From contig CATNEN010000001.1 of assembly GCA_950097015.1 (NCBI GenBank), positions 1,984,001-2,048,000 on the forward strand: a stretch of DNA of 64,000 nucleotides, written 5' to 3'. Made by a program: the position numbers and the translations under genes. A model generated the notes under the pieces. The model was given only the letters and a program-made list of their open reading frames with translations. It searched no databases and was not told the DNA's origin. The first letter of the stretch is position 1; every line of letters begins with the position of its first letter. Origin of the DNA: Macrostomum hystrix. Lineage: Eukaryota > Animalia > Platyhelminthes. Positions 1-14,600 of the stretch are shown piece by piece.

Positions 1-129
1 CTCAAGGGTAGGGCTATGTCTCTACCTGCTTGAATTCTGCTGTTTTAGGTGTCAGGTTATTTTGGCTGAGGTGGTCTTAATAAAAGTCTGTTAATATGCT
101 CAATCACGAATTCACAAGTGTTCGGGACT

Positions 130-1040
130 GGTTAGCTACTCTGCTATTCACGGGTTGTTAGCTACCCTGCCATTCACGGGTTGTTAGCTACCCTGCCATT
201 CACGGGTTGTTAGCTACCCTGCCATTCACGGGTTGTTAGCTACCATGCCATTCACGGGTTGTTAGCTACCCTGCTATTCACGGGTTGTTAGCTACCCTGC
301 CATTCACGGGTTGTTAGCTACCCTGCCATTCACGGGTTGTTAGCTACCCTGCCATTCACGGGTTGTTAGCTACGATGCCATTCACGGGTTGTTAGCTACC
401 CTGCCATTCACGGGTTGTTAGCTACCATGCCATTCGCGGGTTGTTAGCTACCCTGCCATTCACGGGTTGTTAGCTACCATGCCATTCACGGGTTGTTAGC
501 TACGATGCCATTCACGGGTTGTTAGCTACCCTGCCATTCACGGGTTGTTATCTACCCTGTCATTCACGGGTTGTTAGCTACCCTGCCATTCACGGGTTGT
601 TAGCTACACTCCCATTCACGGGTTGTTAGCTACCCTGCCATTCACGGGTTGTTAGCTACCCTGCCATTCACGGGTTGTTAGCTACCATGCCATTCACGGG
701 TTGTTAGCTACCCTGCCATTCACGGGTTGTTAGCTACCCTGCCATTCACGGGTTGTTAGCTACCCTGCCATTCACGGGTTGTTAGCTACCCTGCCATTCA
801 CGGGTTGTTAGCTACCCTGCCATTCACGGGTTGTTAGCTACCCTGCCATTCACGGGTTGTTAGCTACCCTGCCATTCACGGGTTGTTAGCTACCCTGCCA
901 TTCACGGGTTGTTAGCTACCCTGCCATTCACGGGTTGTTAGCTACCCTGCCAGTCACGGGTTGTTAGCTACCCTGCCATTCACGGTTTGTTAGCTACCCT
1001 GCCATTCACGGGTTGTTAGCTACCCTGCCATTCACGGGTT
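130..1040. repeat. Minisatellite, 26-bp unit CCCTGCCATTCACGGGTTGTTAGCTA (~35 copies)
   Basis: Direct tandem periodicity of 26 nt. Confidence 0.97.
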
Positions 1041-1589
1041 TTTCGCTATGTTTCGCTATATTAATTATTATTCACAATAATTCTTTTTTCTTATTTTAAT
1101 CCATGTTTTAATCATGGTGATGTATTTGCGTTCATATTTTTATTGAGGTAAATTTTGTTGGCAATAATTTTTTGGTGTTCAATTTGTTATCGCAATATGT
1201 CTTGAAAACTCCTGAAAATGTATTTAAATGTGAATCACATTACTTCAGTAGTAAGCTACAGTTTTTTTAGTCTGTATTGGAAATGGAAATGTTTTAATTA
1301 TATTTCTAGCCCTCTCTGTTAAGATAACTTTCTATATACTGATGTTAGATGACTCTTTCTGAACTGAAATGGTTTGGTATATAAAGTAGGATTTATCTGT
1401 GATGCACAAATATTATCTTTAATTGCATTAATATGTGTTTTGTGTGTTCTATAGCATGCATAATTTCAATTTTGGCCGAGTTCTACTCTTAATATGTTTA
1501 TTGTATCATTGAATGTGTCTCAATTTACCTATTCAGTACAAACTTACATCTCTGTTGCTTAGCGATCATTAGTTCTTTAAGCTCATTTC

Positions 1590-2500
1590 CAAGCGATTTC
1601 TTAGTGGAGTTACATGTTGCTAAGGGATTTCCCAGTGAAGTTACATGTTGCTAAGGGATTTACCAGTGAAGTTACATGTTGCTAAGGGATTTCTTAGTGG
1701 ATTTACATGTTGCTTAGGGATTTCCCAGTGAAGTTACATGTTGCTAAGGGATTTCCTAGTGGAGTTACATGTTGCTAAGGGATTTCCCAGTGAAGTTACA
1801 TGTTGCTAAGGGATTTCCCAGTGAAGTTACATGTTGCTAAGGGATTTCCCAGTGGAGTTATATGTTGCTAAGTGATTTCCCAGTGAAGTTACATGTTGCT
1901 AAGGGATTTACCAGTGAAGTTACATGTTGCTAAGGGATTTCTTAGTGGATTTACATGTTGCTTAGGGATTTCCCAGTGAAGTTACATGTTGCTAAGGGAT
2001 TTCCTAGTGGAGTTACATGTTGCTAAGTGATTTCCCAGTGAAGTTACATGTTGCTAAGGGATTTCCCAGTGAAGTTACATGTTGCTAAGGGATTTCCCAG
2101 TGGAGTTATATGTTGCTAAGTGATTTCCCAGTGAAGTTACATGTTGCTAAGGGATTTCCCAGTGAAGTTACATGTTGCTAAGTGATTTCCCAGTGAATTT
2201 GCATGTTGCTAAGGGATTTCCCAGTGGAGTTATATGTTGCTAAGGGATTTCCTCGTGGATTTACATGTTGCTAAGGAATTTCCCAGTGGAGTTACATGTT
2301 GCTAAGGGATTTCCCTGTGAAATTGCATGTTGCTCAGTGATTTCCCAGTGGAGTAACATGTTGCTAAGGGATTTCCTCGTGGATTTACATGTTGCTAAGG
2401 AATTTCCCAGTGGAGTTACATGTTGCTAATGGATTTCCCACCGGCAGTACAGCTTGCTAAGGGATTTTCCAGCGGCATTGCGTGTTGCTAAGGTATTTCC
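1590..2500. repeat. Minisatellite, 31-bp unit GTTACATGTTGCTAAGGGATTTCCCAGTGAA (~28 copies)
   Basis: Direct tandem periodicity of 31 nt, degenerate at the edges. Confidence 0.96.
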
Positions 2501-2933
2501 TAGCGTCAGTATATGCCTTTGTCTAGCAGTTGATTTCTTTAAATTTGCCTAACTTTTAGTCTTATAAAAAGTAGCAAGTATTAAATAAATGTCAATGCTC
2601 ATTAAAATTTTCTAGCTTTTGAAATTTTTTTGTCAGCATGATAATCTCGGCTAGATTAATTTTATTTCACTTGACTGTCAAAGATACTATATCGGCATTT
2701 TCTGGACAAACAGCTGCAATTTGCAATTCAGTTATAAAGTTTAGAAATTATTTCTTTCATTTTTTCCTACTTGCTAAAAAGTTATCGTTTTTCGCGCAAA
2801 GCATTTTTCCTACTATTCCTTGAGTATTTATAGGTGACAATCTAAAATTAAAATAATTAAATATAAATGAAAAAAATATATAAAATAAATGATATTTTGC
2901 ACACGATTGTAATGTGCTTCTTATTCTACTAAG

Positions 2934-2968
2934 GTGACTGTCAACAGTAGTACTTATGGATGGTGGGC
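2934..2968 (+). other. Candidate upstream WDSUB1 exon with in-frame ATG at 2956
   Basis: ttattctactaag acceptor and gtgagt donor; ATG GAT GGT GGG C joins in phase to the acceptor at 5590 giving MDGGRRSSAPG-MRVTAK. Confidence 0.35.
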
Positions 2969-3106
2969 GTGAGTTATTTTTCGTCCTTTCATTAAAACTT
3001 ATAACACAGAGTGCGTATTTTGACTTAGTTTTTTTTCAGTTTTTAATGTGATTTCTAGGCTGTAAAATGATATTAAACTAAATAATAATTATTCTCGATA
3101 AATTGT

Positions 3107-3703
3107 CAAAATGTAATGACTGACAGCTTGGATAATCTGAAAAAGGTAATGACTGACAGCTTGGATAATCTGAAATGGGTAATGTCTGACAGCTTGGATA
3201 ATCTGAAATGGGTAATGACTGACAGCTTGGATAATCTGAAATGGGTAATGTCTGACAGCTTGGATAATCTGAAATGTGTCATGACTGACAGCTTGGATAA
3301 TCTGAAATGTGTCATGACTGACAGCTTGGATAATCTGAAATGGGTAATGACTGACAGCTTGGATAATCTGAAATGGTTAATGTCTGACAGCTTGGATAAT
3401 CTGAAATGTGTCATGACTGACAGCTTGGATAATCTGAAATGGGTAATGTCTGACAGCTTGGATAATCTGAAATGGGTAATGACTGACAGCTTGGATAATC
3501 TGAAATGGGTTACGACTGACAGCTTGGATAATCTGAAATGTGTCATGACTGACAGCTTGGATAATCTGAAATGTGTCATGACTGACAGCTTGGATAATCT
3601 GAAATGGGTAATGACTGACAGCTTGGATAATCTGAAATGTGTCATGTCTGACAGCTTGGATAATCTGAAATGGGTAATGTCTGACAGCTTGGATAATCTG
3701 AAT
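3107..3703. repeat. Minisatellite, 33-bp unit (~18 copies); source of spurious ORFs 3106/3116
   Basis: Unit ATGACTGACAGCTTGGATAATCTGAAATGGGTA; length divisible by 3. Confidence 0.96.
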
Positions 3704-3711
3704 AGTATATT

Positions 3712-5405
3712 ATAGAATAGCATAGAACAGTAGTTCAGTTCATAGAATAGTAGTTCAGTTCATAGAATAGTAGCTCAGTTCATAGAATAGTAGTTCAGTT
3801 CATAGAATAGTAGCTCAGTTCATAGAATAGTAGTTCAGTTCATAGAATAGTAGCTCAGTTCATAGAATAGTAGCTCAGTTCATAGAATAGTAGTTCAGTT
3901 CATAGAATAGTAGTTCAGTTCATAGAATAGTAGTTCAGTTCATAGAATAGTAGTTCAGTTCATAGAATAGTAGTTCAGTTCATATAATAGTAGCTCAGTT
4001 CATAGAATAGTAGTTCAGTTCATAGAATAGTAGTTCAGTTCATAGAATAGTAGTTCAGTTCATAGAATAGTAGTTCAGTTCATAGAATAGTAGTTCAGTT
4101 CATAGAATAGTAGTTCAGTTCATAGAATAGTAGTTCAGTTCATAGAATAGTAGCTCAGTTCATAGAATAGTAGTTCAGTTCATAGAATAGTAGTTCAGTT
4201 CATAGAATAGTAGTTCAGTTCATAGAATAGTAGCTCAGTTCATAGAATAGTAGTTCAGTTCATAGAATAGTAGTTCAGTTCATAGAATAGTAGTTCAGTT
4301 CATAGAATAGTAGCTCAGTTCATAGAATAGTAGTTCAGTTCATAGAATAGTAGTTCAGTTCATAGAATAGTAGTTCAGTTCATAGAATAGTAGTTCAGTT
4401 CATAGAATAGTAGCTCAGTTCATAGAATAGTAGTTCAGTTCATAGAATAGTAGTTCAGTTCATAGAATAGTAGCTCAGTTCATAGAATAGTAGCTCAGTT
4501 CATAGAATAGTAGTTCAGTTCATAGAATAGTAGCTCAGTTCATAGAATAGTAGCTCAGTTCATAGAATAGTAGTTCAGTTCATAGAATAGTAGTTCAGTT
4601 CATAGAATAGTAGTTCAGTTCATAGAATAGTAGTTCAGTTCATAGAATAGTAGTTCAGTTCATATAATAGTAGCTCAGTTCATAGAATAGTAGTTCAGTT
4701 CATAGAATAGTAGTTCAGTTCATAGAATAGTAGTTCAGTTCATAGAATAGTAGTTCAGTTCATAGAATAGTAGTTCAGTTCATAGAATAGTAGCTCAGTT
4801 CATAGAATAGTAGCTCAGTTCATAGAATAGTAGTTCAGTTCATAGAATAGTAGTTCAGTTCATAGAATAGTAGTTCAGTTCATAGAATAGTAGCTCAGTT
4901 CATAGAATAGTAGCTCAGTTCATAGAATAGTAGTTCAGTTCATAGAATAGTAGTTCAGTTCATAGAATAGTAGTTCAGTTCATAGAATAGTAGTTCAGTT
5001 CATAGAATAGTAGTTCAGTTCATAGAATAGTAGCTCAGTTCATAGAATAGTAGTTCAGTTCATAGAATAGTAGTTCAGTTCATAGAATAGTAGTTCAGTT
5101 CATAGAATAGTAGTTCAGTTCATGGAATAGTAGTTCAGTTCATGGTACAGTAGCTCAGTTCATAGAATAGTAGTTCAGTTCATAGAATAGTAGTTCAGTT
5201 CATAGAATAGTAGTTCAGTTCATAGAATAGTAGTTCAGTTCATAGAATAGTAGTTCAGTTCATAGAATAGTAGTTCAGTTCATAGAATAGTAGTTCAGTT
5301 CATAGAATAGTAGTTCAGTTCATAGAATAGTAGTTCAGTTCATGGAATAGTAGTTCAGTTCATGGTACAGTAGTTCAGTTCATAGAATAGTAGTTCAGTT
5401 CATAG
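3712..5405. repeat. Minisatellite, 20-bp unit CATAGAATAGTAGTTCAGTT (~84 copies)
   Basis: Near-perfect tandem array. Confidence 0.98.
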
Positions 5406-5610
5406 CTTGAATTTCTGTGTCTGCCTTTTTCTTTCGGGTTTATGAGTAACCGATAGCCACAGCTGGTTGGACCTAATGTCAGAGTGCATATATAGTTTTC
5501 CCCATCTCATATAAATGGGCTGATTTTGCCATAGTGACTGTGATACTAGTGACAGTTAAACTACTTATCTGTGCCCCTATTGTACTGCAGGCCGTAGCAG
5601 TGCACCCGGC

Positions 5611-8600
5611 ATGCGAGTGACAGCCAAACTGGCGGCCTCCTTCGCCGCGCACTCCGGCGACGTCAACAGCCTTGCCTTCAGCAGTCGCTATTTGGCTACA
5701 GCCTCCGGTGACAAGACTGTGCGGTGAGATGTTTGCGCTTTTATTCAGTTATTTATTCTGCGTAAAATTACATTAGGCAGCTTGAAGCTAATTTTCTAAT
5801 ATGAAAGTACGTTAGCTATGCAAAAAATAACAATTGCAGGAGGGCTGCGGGCAATGGCACATCATTTAGTGTGTACATCTGCCCTGACTTTCTCATCGTC
5901 AGGTAGTGTACACTCTCACTGTGCCTTGGAGGTTGGCACTCAAGGGCGTAAATTGCACGACAAGCCCCCAAGCCTTCTCTCCGCGGCTGCGCAACAAATG
6001 AATGTGGCCTCGCCGCGGAATCGAACTTAGGGACCTTGGTGCGAGAGGCAAACGCGTTAGCCGCTCTGCCACTGAGCCCCCTGTTGTACAATAAAAGTAC
6101 ATTGTTCTTACCATAAGTCAAACATTATTACAGTCAAAGCACATCGTTATAAAGCAAAAGTACATTATGTTTACAAAAAACTTTTACACTAGAAGTACCT
6201 TTTGTGTACATTAAAAGTGCATCGCTATACAGTAAAAGTACAAATTTTGTCTACAAATACATGAACTGAAGTACATTGCTTTTGGATAACAAGTTCGATT
6301 GCTTTTTACAATAATTGTACGTTGGCTATGGATTTTAAAAGTACATAGTTGTTTTGTCAATTGTTTTACTGTTAAGTATTATTTTAAAGGCTTTTTATCT
6401 TCAAAGGACATTCAAGCGAGTTGGCTAATCTCGTTAAAGTACGTTTTAAGCATTGAACCATTAAATATGTTACATACTTAATGAATTTCTCGTAAAATAT
6501 TCGCTACCGTTCACAACTTTGTCCTTGCGAGTAAAAAAAGTTACGAGCTCAAAGTACAAATGATTCCGTACTACCTACAGGCTGTGGGAGATTAACAGCT
6601 GGCGAGAGGCCAACTGCTCACCATTGTCTGGCCACACCTACTACGTCAACTGTGTCGCATTCTCGCCATTCAGCACCATATTGGCTAGTTGCTCAACCGA
6701 TGGCAATATTATCTTCTGGGAGCCAAACACAGGTGAGATGGAGTTGATAGGAAATCAGCTTCATGTTACAGTAAATTCGTACTATTTTTAACTAAGCCGG
6801 GTCAGTATTACAGGAAATGCTGAAAAATTAACGTTATTTTCATTTTATATTATGAATATTTACGAAAAACATAATAGGAGACCCGTTTCATTTTTTGGGA
6901 ATCCGTTAAAATAATAGGAAACCAGTTGATTGGAAACTCGTTGCAATCATCGGTACGCCGTGACAGTTATAAGAAAACCGTTACAATTATTTCCAGTCCA
7001 TTACAATCATCAGAGAGTCGTTACGTTTATAGAAATCCCGTTATATTTCTAGGAAAGCCGTTACAATTATAAGAAAACCGTTGCACATGTAAGAAAACTG
7101 TTACATATGTCAGGAATCCGTTACAATTGTAAGAGAACTGTTACAATTATTGAAAACATCTTACATTCGTTAGAAACCCTTTACAATCATAAGAAACCCG
7201 TTAAATTTATAGGAAACTCGTCACATTTATAGGAGACCCGTTAAATTTATAGGAAACTCGTTACATTTATAGGAAACCCGTTACATTTATAGGAGACCCG
7301 TTAAATTTATAGGAAACTCGTCACATTTATAGGAAACTCGTCACATTTATAGGAAACCCGTTACATTTATAAGAAACCCGTTAAATTCATAGGAAACCCG
7401 TTACATTTATAGGAAAATCGTTAGAATTATAGGAAACCCGTTACATTTATAGGAAAACCGTTAGAATTATAGGAGACCCGTTACATTTATAGGAAACCCG
7501 TTACATTTATTGGGAACCCGTTATATTTATAGGAGACCCGGTACATTTATAGGAAACCCTTTACATTTATAGGGAAACCGTTACATTAATAGGAAACCGT
7601 TACACATATAGGAAAACCGTTACAATTTTAGGGAACCGTTACATTTATAGGAAAACCGTTACATTTATAGGAAAACCGTTAAATTCATAGGAAACCCGTT
7701 ACATTTATAGGAAAACCGTTAAATTCATAGGAAACCCGTTACATTTATAGGAAAACCGTTAGAATTATAGGAAACCCGTTACATTTATAGGAAAACCGTT
7801 AGAATTATAGGAGACCCGTTACATTTATAGGAAACCCGTTACATTTATAGGAAACCCGTTACATTTATAGGAAACCCGTTACATTTATAGGAGACCCGGT
7901 ACATTTATAGGAAACCCGTTACATTTATAGGGAAACCGTTACATTCATAGGAAACCGTTACACTTATAGGAAAACCGTTACATTTATAGGGAACCGTTAT
8001 ATTTATAGGAAAACCGTTACATTTATAGGAAAACCGTTACAATTATAGGAAAACCGTTACAGTTATAGGAAAACCGTTACATTTTAAGGAAAACCGTTAG
8101 AAGGAGGTTTATAGGAAAACCGTTTCATTTATAGGAAAACTGTTACATGTATAGAAAACCCGTTACATTTATAGAAAACCCGTTATATTTATAGGAAAAC
8201 CGTTACAATTTTAGGAAACCCGTTACATTTATAGGAAAACCGTTACATTTATAGGAAACCAGTTACATTCATAGGAACCCCGTTACATTTATAGGAAACC
8301 CGTTACATTTATAGGAAAACCGTTTCATTTATAGGAAACCCGTTACATTTATAGGAAACCCGTTACATTTATAGAAAACCCGTTACATTTATAGGAAACC
8401 CGTTACATTTATAGAAAACCCATTACATTTATAGGAAACCCGTTACATTTATAGCAAAACCGTTACATTTGTCGGAAACCTGTTACATTTATACCCGCTA
8501 AAAATTGGGATGTTTCTTTGGGTGATTCCAGTTGGAATCTGCGGTGTTTCCAGAAAAAGAAACAGCCGAACGCTAAAAACAGACCAATCGGATGATTCCA

Positions 8601-11600
8601 TGCTTGGAATCTACCCAACTGGGCGGTTTCTCGGTGCTTCTTGGTGGCGAAATGGAATCACCCAAAGAATCCTCCAGTTCGTGAGATTCCATGCTCAGAA
8701 ACCGCCGAGGAATCGACCGTAAGGAATTCTCTGGTTGTCCCATGGGCCACTGTTTCGGGTGATTTTTCGGCGGTTTCCACACAATTTGCGATCACAAAAA
8801 ACCCGCCGAAAAAGCAGCCGAATTTTTTACAGGGTAGGAAACCAGTTACATTATAGGAAACATGGAGGATATAGGATATATAGGATACTAGCTTTTTTTG
8901 CCCGTTGTTTTTGGGGCAGAAATTTAAAGCAAAGCAGTAAGCAATTCACGTCTCTGTATTAACTTTATAGTGAAGGTCACCATTTATTTATTTACTGCAT
9001 TAATGAAAAGTGAAGAGTTTGTTTAAGGGCGTTTTAAGTAAAAAATAAGTGAAAAGTTTGTCCAAACAGCCCCCTCTTGATTACTTCTTTAGAAACATGT
9101 CTCTTAGCCACTCCTCTATACAGTCAGTGGCAGATCCAGGAATTTTGTTTTGGGGCGGTCTGTCAGGGGAGCGCCATGAGAATCACAGAGGGGGTGCCAG
9201 CGGCCGAAAAAGGGCGCCAGGAGCCAAGAAAGGGCGCCAGCGGCTGAAAAACGGGAGCCAGCGGCTGAAAAACGGGAGCCAGCGGCCGAAAAGGGGCGCC
9301 AGTGCTGCCCCTGGTGGGGGCATCTTATTCCCATGATTAAAATTTAGGGGGGGCGACTGCCCCCCCCGCCCCCCCCTAAATCTGCCTCTGTATACAGTAT
9401 ACAGCGCATTCAGGTGTATTAAAGTATTTTTGGCGCATTCAGGTTGCGGAGGAGCATAATTGGTGCCCCAACTTTCAGCTGCAAGTTGTGCGATGGAGTT
9501 CCAGGAGGATCTAGAGAGTTCAGAAACTCAACAGGATACTCCACAGCGGTGTCATCAGTCAACGTTGTATCAATTGACTTGTAGGTGAAAACTGCACCTG
9601 GCAACTCCTGAAGCAGTTGGTAGTTAATTTCGTTGGCGGCATCATTTCTGTACTGTCTAACCCAAATATCGACCGGAGAGCCCTGCGCACTGGGACGCCA
9701 CCGCACTCACCACACTCAGTCTCAGTGCTGCTTGGGGGCCAGTAGACAGTCTAGGGGTTTGGGCTGTGTACATTCACGGCTTAAAATACAATGTACAGTC
9801 TGGGGTTCCGGCGCCCGGGGAAGGGAGGGGGTGGCTGTAATAAAATTTGGCCCGCAGAGTGGCGGAGGGGAGTTGGGGTGGCTGTCCTCGGAAAACAAAA
9901 AGTGACTCACTTTGAGATGATGCAGCTTTGTTCTGGATTGAGTAGAGATGTTCAAAATTGACAGCATTGTTGGAAAACATGTAAAGTGTAAGCGGATCAA
10001 ATTTGGAGAAAATCTGACAAAGTGGGGCGACGATATGTCGAATTGAGTGATTTTTTGACGATTTTTGAGCAGTTTTTTGCACTTTTGAGCAGGAAGGAAA
10101 TGATTTTTCGGGAATTTGAGTAGCCTATTGCACTCAGCGTAGGTGGTTTTAGGTATGTGCAAAGTTTGGTGCGATTTGGTTGAGCGGTTTCGGCGTCTAT
10201 AAAGACAAAAGGTTGCACACACACACACACACACACACACAGACAGACAGAGTTTTCACTTTTATATATATAGATATCCTATATACAATATAGGATATTT
10301 GTAGGAAACATGTTACATTTATAGGAAATCCGATACATTCATTTGAAACCCGTTGTTTAAAACACAGTGTGATTTGTTAGATATGGAGGAGTTCGTTAGA
10401 AATTAAGTTATTTTTCACATTTTTCAACATTTTAGTCACAGTGAAATTTCGAGACATGTTTTTTATGTAGAACAGGTTAGACTTCTTAGAACGTGTTAGA
10501 CATCTTAGAACGTGTTAGAAATCTTAGAACATGTTAGACATCTTAGAACATGTTAGACATCGTAGAACATGTTTGAGATCTTAGAACATTTTAGGCATCG
10601 TAGAACATGTTAGACATCTTAGAACGTGTTAGACATCGTGGAACATGTTAGACATTGTAGAACATGTTTGACATCTTAGAACATTTTAGGCATCTTAGAA
10701 AATGTTAGACATCTTAGAACATGTTAGACATCTTGGAACATGTTAGACATCTTAGAACATGTTAGACATCTTAGAACGTGTTAGACATCAAAGCGCACCC
10801 ACCCTCGAACAGGCGAGAAGATTTGCGTGTTCTCTCACCCTAGCAAGTGCGGAGTTCGCTCAGGCTCGTTCTCCTTGAACTCGCAGCTATTCGCCACCGG
10901 CAGCGAAGACGGCAGCATCTGCCTGTGGGACGTGCCTTCTAGATCCCTGCTCAGGCAGCTAGCTGGAGGACACGAAGGCTCCGTGCTGGGCCTAGCCTTC
11001 AGCCCGGACGCTCTCTACCTGGTCAGCGGATCGACTAGCGGCGATCTGAGAGTCTGGGACAGCAAGTACGGCCATTCCAAGACCCTGCACCTGCAACTGG
11101 ACGGACACGATCTTGGAGTCGGCTGCCTGGACTTGTCCCCTTGCATTGGTGCGCTTGGTGAATTGGGATTTAGGTTTTTATTAGAATTGACATCAAATAA
11201 AAAGCCTGAAGGGAGGTTGGAAAGCCTGAAGGGAGGTTGGAGTAGACTGAAGGGAGTTTGGAGTAGCCTGAAGGGATGTTGGAGTAGCTTGAAGGGAGTT
11301 TGAAGAAGCCTGAAGGGAGGTTGTAGCCTGAAGGGAGGTTGGATTAGACTGAAGGTAGGTTGGAGTAGCCTGAAGGGAGGTTGGAGTAGCCTGAAGGGAG
11401 GTTGGAGTAGCCTGAAGGGAGGTTGGAGTAGCCTGAAGGTAGGTTGGAGTAGCCTGAAGGTAGGTTGGAGTAGCCTGAAGGGAGGTTGGAGTAGCCTGAA
11501 GGGAGGTTGAAGAAGCCTGAAGAGAGGTTGTAGCCTGAAGGGAGGTTGGAGTAGCCTGAAGGTAGGTTGGAGTAGCCTGAAGGTAGGTTGGAGTAGCCTG

Positions 11601-14600
11601 AAGGGAGGTTGGAGTAGCCTGAAGGGAGGTTGGAGTAGCTAGCCTGAAGGGAGGTTGGAGTAGCCTGAAGGGAGGTTGGAGTAGCCTGAAGGGAGGTTGG
11701 AGTAGCCTGAAGGGAGGTTGGAGTAGCCTGAAGGGAGGTTGGAGTAGCCTGAAGGGAGGTTGGAGTAGCCTGAAGGGAGGTTGGAGTAGCCTGAAGGTAG
11801 GTTGGAGTAGCCTGAAGGTAGGTTGGAGTAGCCTGAAGGGAGGTTGGAGTAGCCTGAAGGGAGGTTGGAGTAGCCTGAAGGGAGGTTGGAGTAGCCTGAA
11901 GGGAGGTTGGAGTAGCCTGAAGGGAGGTTGGAGTAGCCTGACCGGTTGGAGTAGCATGAAGGGAGGTTGGAGTAGCCTGAAGGGAGGTTGGAGTAGCCTG
12001 AAGGGAGGTTGGAGTAGCCTGAAGGGAGGTTGGAGTAGCGTGAAGGATGGAAAGAGGGAGTAGCCTAAAAGTTAGTTAAAAATATTTTTTCGAACCACTT
12101 CTGCAGACCCCACCGAGAACGGACACTTGCTGACTAATCGTTACACGGTCGCCACGGGAGGATTTGATAATCTGGTGAAGATTTGGCACCTGGTTGCTAA
12201 GGGAGAAGATCTCAGTAAGTAGTTACGTTTTTTCAGATTGTTGTTCTTTTCTAAATGAATCCATTTATTAGTATGATAGTATTTAAATAATGGTTATGCT
12301 TTTCAACTTATTTTTCTCAGGGTTCGCAGGTAATAATCAGATATGATTTTTTCCTTTATTGTAGTTTTGTCTTTTGTGTTGTCTTTTCTATTTAGTTATT
12401 TAGCAATCATTTTTATGATTCCGGGCACCTTAAACTCTTAGTTTGTGAATGTGTTCAACTGTAAATTCCTGTTTCTGCACTTCTATATGTCTGTTTTTTG
12501 AGTCTGCTAATCTGTTTTTAGATTATGGTAATCTGTTATTGGAATATGACAATCTGTTCTTGGATTATGGTAATCTGTTCTTGGATTATGGTAATCTGTT
12601 CTTGGATTATGGTAATCTGCTCTTGGATTATGTTAATCTGTTATTGGATTCTGTTAATCTGTTATTGGATTCTGTTAATCTGTTCTAGATTCTGTTAATC
12701 TGTTCTAGATTCTGTTAAATGTGTTCTAGGATTCGGTTAATCTGTTCTAGGATTCTCTTAATCTGTTCTAGATTCTGTTAATATGCTCTAGATTCTGTTA
12801 ATATGTTCTAGATTCTGTTAATCTGTTCTAGATTCTGTTAATCTGTTCTAGATTCTGTTAATCTGTTCTAGATTCTGTTAATGTGTTCTAGGATTCTGTT
12901 AATCTGTTCTAGATTCTGTTAATGTGTTCTAGGATTCTGTTAATCTGTTCTAGGATTCTGTTAATGTGTTCTAGGATTTTGTTAATGTGTTCTAGATTCT
13001 GTTAATGTGTTCTAGGATTCTGTTGTTGTGTTCTAGGATTCTGTTAATGTTTTCTAGGATTCTGTTAATCTGTTCTAGATTCTGTTAATCTGCTCTAGAT
13101 TTTGTTAATGTTTTCTAGGATTCTGTTAATCTGTTCTAGATTCTGTTAAATGTGTTCTAGATTCTGTTAATCTGTTCTAGGATTCTGTTAATGTGTTCTA
13201 GGATTTTGTTAATGTGTTCTAGATTCTGTTAATGTGTTCTAGGATTCTGTTAATGTGTTCTAGGATTCTGTTAATGTTTTCTAGGATTCTGTTAATCTGT
13301 TATTGGATTAAGTTGTTGGATTCCGTAGATCTCTGTTTTAGACTATTTAAAACATAACTATGACTAGCCAAATTTAAAGTATCTATTTTATGTTAATTTT
13401 TCCTATATAAATTTACTTTTATGTTTTAAGTAGGTCGTATTAATTTTAGTACTTACGAGCTTATTTTCTGTTTGTAAAATGCAAAAAAACCAAACAAAAA
13501 CAAAAATATTATACTTCTTTGTTGCAGAAATCTCACTCAACTTGGCATCCGTTCTGAAGGGTCACAGTGGGGCAGTTATGTCATTGAAATTTTCGCCCAG
13601 CGGTAAACTTCTGATTTCAGGGTGAGGAAACATTATTTATCCTAGAATTACTAGTAATCAAGCTTAAGTTAGGCCTCGATTGTCAAATTAATTTTTTTCT
13701 TTAACTCTTTGTACAGATCCGGTGATCACACTGTTCGCATTTGGAAACCGGTTTGATTCTCAAATTGATGCTCACGCATTAGATTTTCTTGCATTATGAT
13801 AATCCGTTAGGGATTAAGAGACAGTCCTACAGGATGATTCTTTAGGGATTAAGATACAGTCCTCCCAGATAATCCTTTGGAATTAAGAGACAGTCCTACC
13901 AGATAATCCTTTGGAATTAAGAGGCAGTCCTACCAGATAATCCTTTGGGAATTAAGAGGCAGTCCTACCAGATAATCCTTTGGAATTAAGAGGCAGTCCT
14001 ACCAGATAATCCTTTGGAATTAAGAGGCAGTCCTACCAGATAATCCTTTGGGAATTAAGAGGCAGTCCTACCAGATAATCCTTTGGAATTAAGATACAGT
14101 CCTACCAGATAATCCTTTGTAATTAAGAGACAGTCTTTGTCAGACCGCGCTGGTCCTTTGGAATTAAGAGGCAGTCCTACCAGATAATCCTTTAGAATTA
14201 AGAGACAGTCCTACCAGATAATCCTTTGGAATTAAGAGGAAGTCCTACCAGATAATCCTTTGGAATTAAGAGGCAGTCCTACCAGATAATCCTTTGGAAT
14301 TAAGAGACAGTCCTACCAGATAATCCTTTGGAATTAAGAGACAGTCCTACCAGATAATCCTTTGGAATTAAGAGGCAGTCCTACCAGATAATCCTTTGGA
14401 ATTAAGAGGCAGTCCTACCAGATAATCCTTTAGAATTAAGAGGCAGTCCTACCAGATAATCCTTTGGAATTAAGATACAGTCCTACCAGATAATCCTTTG
14501 TAATTAAGAGACAGTCTTTGTCAGACCGCGCTGGTCCTTTGGAATTAAGAGGCAGTCCTACCAGATAATCCTTTAGAATTAAGAGACAGTCCTACCAGAT

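Noticed and set aside
3106-3723. LRR-looking SLDNLK repeat ORFs on both strands
   Set aside because: 33-bp satellite with no unique flanking coding sequence or synonymous-site pattern
9419-9706. Host PIF1 helicase gene
   Set aside because: Short fragment inside Helitron termini; no other helicase exons
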